In this document: positions 25,100-36,423 of the stretch, one piece after another
Position numbering within the stretch: position 1 is the stretch's first letter
Layout of the letters: every line of letters begins with the position of its first letter
NCBI GenBank assembly: GCA_977020255.1
Contig: CDROCS010000288.1
Coordinates: 1,178,001-1,242,000 of the forward strand
DNA from: Obrimoposthia wandeli
Taxonomy: Eukaryota
Length of the DNA: 64,000 nucleotides
Direction of reading: 5' to 3'
Notes under the pieces: model-generated
The model's database searches: none
What the model saw: the letters and a program-made list of their open reading frames with translations, nothing else
What the model was told of the DNA's origin: nothing
Made by a program: the position numbers and the translations under genes

Positions 25100-27299
25100 A
25101 GCATTTAGGGCGTAGGAAAATACAATCATCATACAAAACCTGTCCCTCGCTTTCATACTTAAATTTCCCGATAATATCCTTTAAACTCATAGAGTGTCAA
25201 TATAATAAAGCATATATTCAAGAAGATTTCGACAATTATTCGCCCAAAATGTACAGGCCTCATTATAGTCTTGAAGACTTACACTTTCAAATTCAGTTAT
25301 GGTGGGATTTCAGTTGTATTTTCTAAATCTGCAAAGGTTTTCGCAAATTTATACGGAAAAATCCCCTTATCGTTAACTGAAGCTGGGAACACTGGCTGTG
25401 TAATTGGCCATGCATTTAAAGATGCTGTTAAATTTTTTAAAGACCCACTCAAAAACTGCAGAGAATCTATGAATCTTAAACTGCAGGATTCAGTAGTATA
25501 TGCAGTTAAAGATAAATATTTCTCTGAAGTTTGAGGTATACATGAAATTTCCCAAGAGCTTAATGTACCCAACGCATATTTAAGTATATGATGCAAATCA
25601 TATCCTTTGAGGTTATGAAACACGATGGAAATTTGTGGTTTTTTAGGGAGACGACGGCCAAGGTTACAGAGGTGGCACGCCGCTCCCAAGTATCGCCCCG
25701 TAACATGATCGTGACCTCTGACTAACTTAGCCTGGATTCCACACAAATAACATAATCTACAAGAATTAAAATTAACCCAGTCTATGCCTCCCATGATCAT
25801 TGCTTGATGAGCATTAAGATCATACCACGGTTTGACAATTGTTGTTCCTAATTCTTCTAATTTTAACATAAAATCTAAAATACAATTTGGACCGGAAAAT
25901 TTATGATACTGTGTAAAATTGAGGCCTAAGAATAATAGTCCTGCCGAAGCCGGTAGGTGAATACTGTCATACTGGTCGTGCAATGCTAGAATTGACTCAA
26001 AATCTGCATACACTCTGAATTCCACGGGTATGCATTTTGCCCAATCCCTGAATTTTAAATCCCTATCCTTAGGCATGCTGAATAGCGTATTGTCATCAGG
26101 ATTCAGTGAACATAATGTCAGATGTTTGCTGTAAAAGAGCTCGGATCGGAATCCATGTAAACATCTATGACTCCACTTACATCTTATCCTAACCGGTAAG
26201 GCTCCATTATCTAAATTTAGAAGACAATCTAAACTGGGAATTGCAGCATAATGGATTTTTTTATTATTTTCAAGAAAAATTAAGTTGACCTGAGTCCCCT
26301 AATTTTTGCTCCTATAAATTACATCTACAAATGGATTTTTTAAAAATTTTTCATCTGTTACATTAACTGGGATATCAGTATTATATTTAAATACATTAAT
26401 ACTCAAGTTATTAAGGTGTTCAAATCTTGATATTGCAGTTAATTTAACAGGATACTGCCGTGATACTGCAATGTTTTAAAAAAATCTCAGTAATTACATC
26501 CCTTTTGAGGATGGCCAACACGCTATACAGAAAGCAAAGATTATCACTATTTTGTACGTTAACAATAGAACGTGAAAGTTGAAGAGATCTAGGTGAAGGA
26601 ATGTATGAACTCCCCGAAAGAAATATAATGTCAGTGAACTTTGTAAGACAAAGCTAACGTCGTGAATTCTAACTAGAGTCCATCCATTACTTAACTCGCT
26701 ATAATTAGCAATTTTTTCATCTAGGTTTCTCCCAATTTCAGTTACAAAATTATCATAGAAAACAGTTGCTTTATGTGAAATTACCCAAGTTTTAGTCTCC
26801 TCATTGACATTTTTAAACTGCACTGTTGCGCAAAATTGAACCTTAGCCTGTCCTAATTTGGTCACCTCTGATTTTAAAAGATTTTCAATATTTGAATCTA
26901 CACCTACGTTTAATAAAATTTCATTTCCTAATGGCACCTTAACTATAACATATTTATTATTTAGGTGATACTCTATAGTAGCACCATTTTCTCTACGTTG
27001 TTTTAGTGGGACCTTATTAAGAAATTGGCCTCGCCTCTTTCTTCCTACAGTCGCTGACAAACCTCCCCCTAATTGAACGGGAAGACAACTATTTATATTA
27101 ACAGTTGAGACAAACGCAGCTGAGGTTGACGGTGCTGCTATTGGTGATGCTGCCGACGTTGAGGCAATCGCAGCTGATGTAGTAGATGTTGCTGTAGTAG
27201 ATGCTGCTGTAGTAAGTGCTGCCGCAGTTGTAGATGCTGCATTTGGAATAGTAGCCGGCATTGCCGATGAAGAAGCGACTGTTGTAGAGGTTGATGCTG
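25100..27299 (-). pseudogene. pPolB with terminal-protein region; ~1.1 kb of the polymerase core is deleted relative to copy 1
   Basis: GWTLVRI, SYIP.P.SL...IVNVQNSDNLCFLYSVLA, VYADFESIL, DHDHVTGRYLGAAC..CN, FHNLKGYDLHHI, RFIDS.QFL, KGIFPY; jumps to IGKFKYE near 25200. Confidence 0.92.
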
Positions 27300-27346
27300 C
27301 TGAAATAAATATATGAAAAAATAAATGTATTTTTCAATATTATTAC

Positions 27347-28210
27347 TTCTAAGACGTGCTAACATCGATGTAGGCACTCGCGATGGGAGAGGCATAGCTG
27401 TCGTAGCGGATGACGACTGTATCACGGTATTTCTTGAATAAAAAATAAAAATAAAGTATATATAATTACAATAATATATATTTAATTTAAAAAAATATAT
27501 ATATATAATTACAATTTTAAAAAATAATCTGAAAATAATAATAAAAAATACCTAATGAAGGCAATCCAATTGTAGCTGGTTGGAAGTCCTCTTCATTGAC
27601 GGAATCCATCCAGCTGTCGTCCGTTAACTCGACGAAATCGGATTCCTCGATGGTCTCCAACCAGGAGTTATCGCTCCACTTAGGCTGCTCCATCTCGAAA
27701 TCTGACTGGGTGATATTTTCCATCCATTCATTGTTTGAGAATTGGGTTGCTGGCGCCAACTCCTCAAAATCTTCTTGGGAGATGTCATTCGTCCACTCAT
27801 TATTAGTCATTTGAGTGGATGGTGCAGCAGCAGAATCAGGAACCGGGAGAGAAGGACCAATAGCAGGACCGTAAAAGGGTTGAACGACTGCAACTGGAAT
27901 TGGAGCAGGAGCTGAAGCGGCTTGCGAATCGCGCACCAATTGCACTATATCCCTCTTTTTGTTGTTGGCCGTTAAACAGGATAGGTGATCTCGATGTTCA
28001 CCGAAGAATTCTCGAAACTTCTCTCAGAAGGGGCAGACGAAGAAGTGAAGCCCGCGAGACTTTGTCCGATAGTAGGCGGACATTATCTCCATGCAGGTCT
28101 CTCCTCCATGCGGAGCCGAAGCACCACAATACGCAGGGAATAGGTTACACGTAATCTGAAATAATAAATATTAATAAAGAAATAATAAATATAGATTCTT
28201 ACCATAGTCA
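27347..28210 (-). pseudogene. Spliced leader exons upstream of pPolB in copy 2
   Basis: ATGACTATG|gtaaga...tttcag (intron ~28201-28156). The large exon encodes C/H-rich VCPF*EK..EHRDH and four W-x3-[IV]-x3-DF repeats. Further introns at 27551-27433 and 27346-27300. Confidence 0.68.
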
Positions 28211-28249
28211 TTATTTCAAATAGTCGGGGATTTAAATGAATAAAGTGTT

Positions 28250-28470
28250 TGCTTTTATACTAAAATTTATGCACACATGCTCTTTTCCTATTGGATGAAA
28301 AATTTGAATTTATTCCTCCACTGAGAAGGATTGTTTATCTGTTATTGGTTGATAAATTTATTTTTAATATTTTTATTCCTCCAATTAAAAGGCTTATTTG
28401 TAATTGAATGAAAAATAGATTTTTTAAATAATGAATTTCTCCAATTAGAAGAATTGTTTATCTACATGTC
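28250..28470 (-). promoter_or_regulatory. Candidate promoter of the spliced leader-pPolB unit
   Basis: TTAGTATAAAAG ~45 nt upstream of the first ATG, preceded by three copies of a (TC)CTCCAATTAGAAG(G)A-like CCAAT-containing repeat. Confidence 0.45.
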
Positions 28471-29349
28471 AAATAATAAAAAGATTGACTTAAACAATTT
28501 TTTATATGCGCAATGGTCACCATGATTAGATATGGACAGCAAATATTTTTTGGAATTTTTAATAGATGATCACGTGAAATATTTAAAGTATTCAACCTCA
28601 ATTTGGGAAAATATTTTTTAAAGTCTTATACTTTTTGCCATCCATTTCATCTAAAACATAAAAAATTCTATTTTCTATATCAAAATTAGATTTTATTGTA
28701 TCGAAATACATATTTCACAAAAAGCCTTATGTCCTTCTTTCCATTTTAATAAATGAAAGTAATTAGTTAGATATAAATTAGTAAATTTTTTCTTATAATC
28801 TAAACTTTTAAACGGGATATCTATCTGAAATATGAAATGCAAAGGATGAAAAACGTCGCATACATCCATAATACATAATTATTTTATAATATAATCACCA
28901 TTTTTGTTAAAGAAAGCCTCAAAATCTATGATATATTTCTGCATAATTACCCAAATTTGTAGCAAATCCCTTTGTTTATAACGAATAAAAAAATTATTAA
29001 TCAAAAATTTATTAAAATAACACAGTACTCAGGATTCAGTCTTTCATATTAAGATTGGTATATATTGTCAATTCTCCTAAGAATATTAAAATAAATTATA
29101 TTACATGTAAACATACCTAAATATTTCGAAATTAAATTACATAATTTATCTCCAAAAATTTCCGGAGTATCATTTTCTGAAAAGTAATTTTTTTTATAAT
29201 CTTCCATTAAATCTCGAGTTAATTTTATGTATAATTTATTCCAATTTTTATTATCCATTTACAAAAACATTATATATAAATTTGTTTATATTTAGACAAT
29301 TATGTAACATAATCAATAAAGACGAAATAATAATCAAAAATTAATTTTT

Positions 29350-31162
29350 TTATAGAAGAACCCTCTTCCGGTTTAATCTGGAGGATTCTCTTTCTTGTGC
29401 TCGCCGAACATGCTCAATCTCTTCTCTTCTTTTTTCATCCACCTTCCTTTTTTCCATTTCTATCTTCTTATTCCACTCCACGACCTGACGTCGTTCTGCT
29501 AGCCGCCTGTCCTGAATCTCCACCCGGCGATTCCATTCGGTTGCGACAGCAGCATACAGATTCTGATTGAGGACCCTCTTTCTTAAGTCCTATTTCTTCT
29601 AATTTCTTCTGATATTTGCTTCAATCTTCGTTACCAGACTTTGTAATTTAATGAATTCCAATTTTTAATTATGAAGAGGTTAATAAATTTAACCAATATA
29701 TATAAATTTAAGATATTTTTAATTCCAATCATAGGCCCAAAAATTTAAATGATTTCTTATTAATCCAATCACAGTCGAATAACTAACTTTTTTTTTCATC
29801 TTGATATTTTAATAAACTTAAAGATGGTATTTAAATAAATATTAAGAAGAAAACACTTGAAATTAAATTTTATAAATTATATTCTTAAAAATCTTTACGA
29901 AGTCTTCATTGGGATCATCCTCATCGAAATCCCTCCGACTAAGTATTATTGGAGAAAGCAGTACTGGCTTCTTCTTCTTTGGCCGGCCCGGTTTCTTTTT
30001 CGGCTTCACCGGTTGTTTTGCATGTTTTGGCTGGTTGTTGGACGAGGAGAAGTCGGTGATGTCTTCTGCAGGCGTCGTTGACTTGATGGCGTACTAATCT
30101 CGATATGTTAGACTGGGATCTTCTCATATAGAATTGGTCCTTCATCCACTGGAGATTGAAGGATCTCCTGCCGTCCAATCACCACTTCAGAAGAATGGCG
30201 AATTGAGGTGCTACATTTTCTCGAGCGCTTCGTCTTCTTCACCTCTGCTCGCTTCGTCCGTTTCTTGAAAAAAGGAATAATTTATCCCCAAGTCTCCTCA
30301 ATTATCCGGACGGGTTCCTGCAAAAGAAAACATTAATACAATTTTTAAATAAAGTATATTTATTTAAAATAATATTTAAATATCTAAAAATTTACCTCAA
30401 TTATCTGATACGGAAGTTTTTCCTGCCGCTCTATCGTTACTTCGGTCGATTTGAGCAGACAAGATTTCGCCTTTCTTCCGTACAGCAGCCCGCCTCGTTC
30501 GCTTCTGCCGGAAAGGAGAAATTTTGCCCCATGTCTCCTCAGTTAATTGTATTGCTTCCTGCAACAAAAAACATCAATAAAATTTAAACATATAAATAAT
30601 TTACCTCAATGACAGGCAGGTTAGCCTGTTTCACCAACTTGGACTTCTTCTGATGGACCGTGTGGGTTTTGACCCGATGGCGTCGAGGTTTCTTAACCGC
30701 CGCTTGTTTCCTATCGACGGGTAATCTGAGAGTTGCCTCCTCCCAAATTTCCTCCACCAATTCGGCTTCCTATGTGAATAATTAAAATTATTAACTAATT
30801 TATAATAATTTACCTCAAATTTATCCGGAGTCGGTAGGTATCGCTGCTCACTCCTGGGATCATCCTGGCTACATTGACTCGCCAAGTACTGCAGTTCAAT
30901 CAGCCTCTCCGCCGTGGTCACTGACGGTGCCAAATCCAGTTGAAGTTTCTAAAAATGAAATTAAAAAACATTTTAAATAAATTAATAGACTAACCTCATT
31001 CGTCGCCTTTATTCTCCTAACAGGACGTATCGGAGATTGCGGCCTTCTGAACGGATCAGGCATCGTATTGTCGGCTATCGGAGTTAGAGTTGCAGAGGGA
31101 GTGAGACCATCCCAATCGTCAGTGAACAGATCCCACTCATCTTCATCCATTTCTGCAACCAT
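29350..31162 (-). pseudogene. Multi-exon Maverick accessory gene (acidic N-terminus, three repeated basic exons, AT-hook, possible coiled-coil C-terminus)
   Basis: Four GT-AG phase-0 introns (30994-30949, 30813-30770, 30604-30559, 30395-30318) join GC-rich exons in frame. KKPGRPKK near 29990. A fifth donor is at 29898 with an uncertain acceptor. A few stops and frameshifts. Confidence 0.7.
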
Positions 31163-32497
31163 GGACTCGTTGGCTCCTTTGTTTAAATATTGTAAATAAA
31201 ATAATTAAGTTTTGAATTTAGAAAAGTATTTGAATTATTGAATTATTTTTAAACGGCTAGTATGGATAGTCCAATCGCGGCTAACAAGCACCAAACAATC
31301 ATTCACGGTTTCAGGTAATCTCGAAAAACTATCTTAATTTAAATGGTAGACCAAGAATCGTATTCACATGCTCGAACAGTCTCGTGATAGAATTCAGGTA
31401 TTCTATACGCTTAATATTTTAATTCTAGTCCACGAGCTGGTCCGCTATACCATCAACTACAAGTAAACCTATGTTGATTAATTGAAAGTGTGTGTATCTC
31501 AAATAAAAATATACATACATAGAATTTTACACCGCTTTTAAAACGACAGATGCTTACCTACTAACCATTTTTTCTACATTGGTAAGTAAAAATCGTATAC
31601 AAAATGAAAACGAGTTATTATATTAAATAATTAAACTTTAAAAAAATAGCATTATAATATGTAAATAAACACGATAAATAAACAGCAATATTAAAACTTA
31701 AATCAAATGAAATTACTCGTGAATTTATTTTTTATCTTTAAAACCGTAAGACCTAGTCAAACAAATAAATTGGACGTAATTTTATATTGCCTCTTCTTTT
31801 AATTTAATTTTTTAAATTATTTATAAATCTAATTAGTCTATTAATCATTTCATATAACAGTAAATAGTGTAATTTGCTATAAAGTAGGATTTTTACAATA
31901 TGCAAAATAATTTTATAGTCAACGTGTATTTAGATTTGTTGATAAATCATCGCCTAATGATTCCTTACTGCTGTAATTTGTGTCGTCTTCAAATTGCTTA
32001 TTACATAAAACATATACATAAAAATGAATTTTTACACTGTTAACTTTTAATTGCTTATATTGACCTGGATTTGCTTAATCTCTGACTATCTATATCCTAT
32101 TACAGTCCTAGTACAGCTGAAATTTATCAAATATGATAAAACACATTCGAAATATTTGGAGTTGTTAAATTGAAAACTGCACTTGATCAATACATTAAAT
32201 ATTCTTAAAAATGCTATATTTAGCAATTATTCTATGGTATTTTGTTTTTTCTGATTTTCTGTAATTTATTATGAAAGTGATATTATATGCATGAGAGAGG
32301 AACAGGAACAGAAGAAACCCCTTATTTTGATTTTGTAATGGTTTCTTTCGTCCTTTTAGGTTATTTATTTAAGTAATTATAAAATTGATGTAAAATGGTT
32401 ATTTGGCCAACAGTGATGTTGCATAGTTTTCCAAAAATAAATCAATCTTACTGCAAATTGGCATTTATTTCTCGGCAATCATCCTACAATATATATA

Positions 32498-33445
32498 CAG
32501 TGCGTTCCATTAAAAGTAATGTTTTTCATATAAATTTTAGATAAGGTTTCTAAAAATATTTTTACAAAAATTTATCATAACTTACCTAATAATGTCATAT
32601 ATAATTCATAAAAAAATATTAAATATTGACTAGAAAAATTATATTTTACCTACTTTTAAAATAAATTTAATTTTTCTATTTGTTTTTCTATTTCATAATT
32701 GAAATTTCTAAATGGCGGAATTTAAAATTGATATTAAGGCAACAATAAAAAGTAGTCAAAAAAATTTATACTTAGTTTAATTATGGACAATCACCATTTA
32801 CTACAGTTATGAATCTCCTATTATATTTGCTGAAAAGGCATTGAAACATTTAAATCTGAATAATGTTTTATGGACAGATGAAACCTATTTCAGTCTAATG
32901 GGAGAAGGTAAATCTCTCCGAGATATTGCTTTGTATAATCTTCCTTGACGGATTAACTTAGAAAATGTATTACACAATAATAAGGTATTATTTTGGTGTG
33001 AGTTCCCATATGGCTTCAAGTTTCAACCTTATTATTTTGATGAAACTTTAAATGGATTCAAATATCAAATTTCGTACCATATCTTTCTGAGAAATGTAAT
33101 AGACTAAAACATTTCAGCAAGATGAAGCTCATACATTGGAAAATGTAAAATAATTTTGACTTTTGTGGTCACCTCGTTCTCCAGATCTCAATCCAATGGA
33201 CGTTTGGGGTTACTTGAAATATAAAGTATACTAAAAATCAATAGAATCACCGATTAAAGAATGTGTTGTAAATATTGATCAATGCTTACTTCGATAAGAG
33301 GTAATTTCGGTACTAACAAGACGTGAAGCTGTAATTTCCCACAAATGAGGTCATATTGTAAAGTAGAAATAAAATTGTAATATTACAATAATATTTTAAA
33401 ATAAATTCTTATAAAAATATATAATTTTTTATAAAAAGCGCTATA
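32498..33445 (+). mobile_element. Degenerate Tc1/mariner-superfamily (maT/DD37D-like) transposon
   Basis: TA|CAGTGCGTTCC terminus; LWTDETYF, WSPRSPDLNPMD..WGYLKYKVY and N.GHI motifs; right end approximate. Confidence 0.72.
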
Positions 33446-34103
33446 AATATTATTTTTCTTCAAATTTTTTAAAAACTTATGTTCAGTTTGTTCGTTGTAC
33501 ATTGACAGACATCTGATATTTTGATCAAACGTATCGATCAGAGAATGAAAAGAGTTTTAAAAAGCAAAATCCACTTGATAATTATTCGAAAGTACTCAAA
33601 TAGTAGAAAGTATATGATGTGGATAAATATATATTGCTAATTTTATCTTATTTAAACTTTATTGATGAATTCAGAAATCAAAGTGATGCGTGAGTTTTTC
33701 TAATATAATTATAAATTTGATTATTTTACTTTTTTGATGAAAAGTTTATCCAATGATTAAATATTCAAAAAATGTATACCCTTGTGTCTATCAAATGTCT
33801 ATGTGATGCTTTTTGATATAAAACATGAACCATTTAAACGATTTTTTTATTGATGTTGGTTCTTTAAAACTAAAGTAAAGTAGACTAAATTCTGTAAATT
33901 GAAAAGCTATATCAGAAACCAATATGTTAAAAAAACAATGCGTCAAAATTTTAATGACCAACATCGGATTTAAACCTCAATCTAACTAAAGATTCAAATT
34001 GATTTTAAAAAGGCCACATTCGATCTGAAATAAACTAGTTTTCTTGGTTCGTGTATCTTTCTTTGTCAAAACTCCGACTCTAGTCCTGGCGCCATGGGAA
34101 CGT

Positions 34104-34859
34104 GGGGTACAGAAAAAATGGCAATGGAAATAATGGCAATGGAAATAATGGCAATGGAAAAAAGGCAATATGCAAAATATGGAAGAAATGACAAACTTAT
34201 TTTATTTTATAAAAAATAAATTAAAAGTAAAACCAAAAAATTATTATAAACAAAGATACATTTGTTCTCACATTTATTTACATTAAAATATTGTACAGTT
34301 ATGCCATTTTATTTACACATTATATATAACCAAAAGCACATGTTTAATATTATTTACACATGAACATTAATATTACTATGCAGTCTTCGAGAACATCCTA
34401 TCAACATGTAGATAGCATTTAAGCAAATAGTTCACTCATCAACCACTTGGATACAATTTGAGATTGCCTACATTTGAGATTTGAGAGAAGCCACTCTTTC
34501 AGAAGTGCAATTAGTTATTGTTGGTGCATTTGTTATCTAAATTTACTGTGATTATGACTTCATGGCTTCATATTTTTTAAATATTGACACATACATGTAC
34601 TTAACAAATTTATTTTAACAAATAATCAATTTGCTGCCTAATATCTAAATATGTTACAGAAGCCACTCTTTGAAAAGCGCTATTAGTAATTTTTGCTGTA
34701 AGTCTTATGAACTAATGTATACATTTGTTGTGACTTCAAGGCATCATTTTTATACTTCTTTTTAATTAAAATATTTATAATAACAAAAACAAAAATAATA
34801 TTTTATCTTTGCCATTTTTTCCATTGCCATTATTTCCATTGCCATTTTTTCCTACAACC
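34104..34859. mobile_element. 756-bp non-autonomous TIR element with an 8-bp TSD (Mutator/hAT-like)
   Basis: GGGAACGT is duplicated at 34096-34103 and 34860-34867. The TIRs are built of tandem AATGGCAATGGAAA(T/A) subunits. Confidence 0.82.
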
Positions 34860-36423
34860 GGGAACGTACTCCTACTAGTCCATATTTAAATCCAGTCTGG
34901 GTTTAAACCGTATCCGTAAAAATACAAAAAATAAATGTTGGAAAATATCAAAACCGCATTGCCACAGTCAGAATTATGGCACAAAGGTCTAACGAGCAAC
35001 ATGCACTGCATTTGTATTCTTCAAAAGATCAGAATTGTTTCTCTAGAAATAATCCCCAAAATACGCTACTTCTATTGAGTTGGCTTTTAATTATCCAAAT
35101 TAAAATTCACAGGAAATGTTTCTATTTTAATTCCTTACTTTTGTCTGAGTGAAAAAGAATAAATTACGTCTTGCAATTAAATTGGCAAAATGATGAAACG
35201 TCTTCGAAAATTGATTTGTTTTATAACGTCGAGCTAATAAAAAAACACTGTTAAGATATGCCTTGTTTTATAAATTTCCCATTATTCTTTATCTTGAATT
35301 CAGAAAATATAAGCGTATCTATTTGGTATTTTGGAAAATGTATAGATGGAATTCAATTTCTGACACTTACATGCTCATCTCCATGTGAGGTCATATAAAT
35401 ATAAAGCAGTGGTCAAAAACGGATACTTACTTACCATTACTTTGATGTTTCATGGCCTTTTATAACATGAGACAATTAACACATTTAGTAACATTATTTA
35501 AATAAAAATGACAAATATCAGTCATAAAATTGACAATAAATTAATTGGGATGGATGCACCTTGCTTGTCATTAAGCAGTTCTTCTACGTTAGGATGTGCT
35601 TCTGATAGTACAACTCTCATGTCATAGCTCTCATCCAATCTATTTTGGTTTTGATGGAAAGAAGAGTGGAAAACGCTGTATTATATTTTTCGGTGGTTGC
35701 AAATTAAATCATCACTTTAAAAGCCATTTTTTGCGATATCGGGATAGGACTGCTACTCATTTCACCATCATTTACGAAATCAATAAACTGATCTTGAATT
35801 TAGTTGTCCTCTGAGAGCAGATTATACAACAAAATGAATTTAAAAAAAGTACAGAAACAAGATAATGTTAAAGACGATGTCGACCATGGTTTGCTTGATT
35901 AACTATGTAAACAATGATATGAATTTTACCTTTATTTATATTCCATGACATCAATATTTCCTGGCGATATTTTAAAAGCGGTTAATATCGAATCAATTTC
36001 CATCGAATAGTCGCCGATTGTTGAATCAATTGATGGTCAGGTAATATCAAAATAAAGGTCATTACATTGTCTTCTTAGTTTTAATAAAAGGGGTTCAGAT
36101 TCTTCTTCTTCTTTGCTATCATTCGATATGACGATGACTTCATTTACCTCTATGTTGTCATTGTGTGTTTCCATTTCTTCATTTACTCCTTCTTTGGAGT
36201 CTGTTTCTTTGTCATTTTCATCCTTTTCATTACTTTCATCTTCATCATCCTCTATACATAATCATCAATATCTACTGGGATGATGTTATACTCATTATAT
36301 TGATTTTTAGTCGTTTTCTTTTTTTCGATATTATTCCCAATTGATATACCTTTCGTTTGTTCATTATTTGTATTATTATTTATTTAAAATTTCTTTTAAT
36401 AAAGACTTAATAAAGATTTACAG

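Larger units (their letters stand above)
20630..31562 (+). mobile_element. Maverick/Polinton copy 2, decayed, with internal deletions
   Basis: Left terminus AGTAGGTGGATGTGTCCGGTCTAATCCACACC at 20630. Gene order is two paralogous minus-strand ORFs, PW-like, integrase, penton, PZ-like, MCP fragment, pPolB(-), spliced genes(-). The right end is tentative: the reverse complement of 31562 reads AGTAGGTAAGCATCTGTCGTTTTAAAAGCGGTG, only partly matching the left TIR, and there is no TSD match (TTAAGA vs AACCAT). Confidence 0.85.

Noticed and set aside
31500-31562. Firm right TIR and TSD for Maverick copy 2
   Set aside because: Only partial similarity to the left TIR and no 6-bp TSD; kept as a tentative boundary only.
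34086-34107. TGGCGCC...AACGTGGGG resembling a tRNA-Lys primer-binding site
   Set aside because: The match is interrupted and straddles the TSD/TIR junction of the 34104-34859 element; there is no adjacent LTR.
35940-36400. Acidic D/E/K-rich minus-strand reading
   Set aside because: Low complexity with stops; origin unassignable, probably TE-derived.
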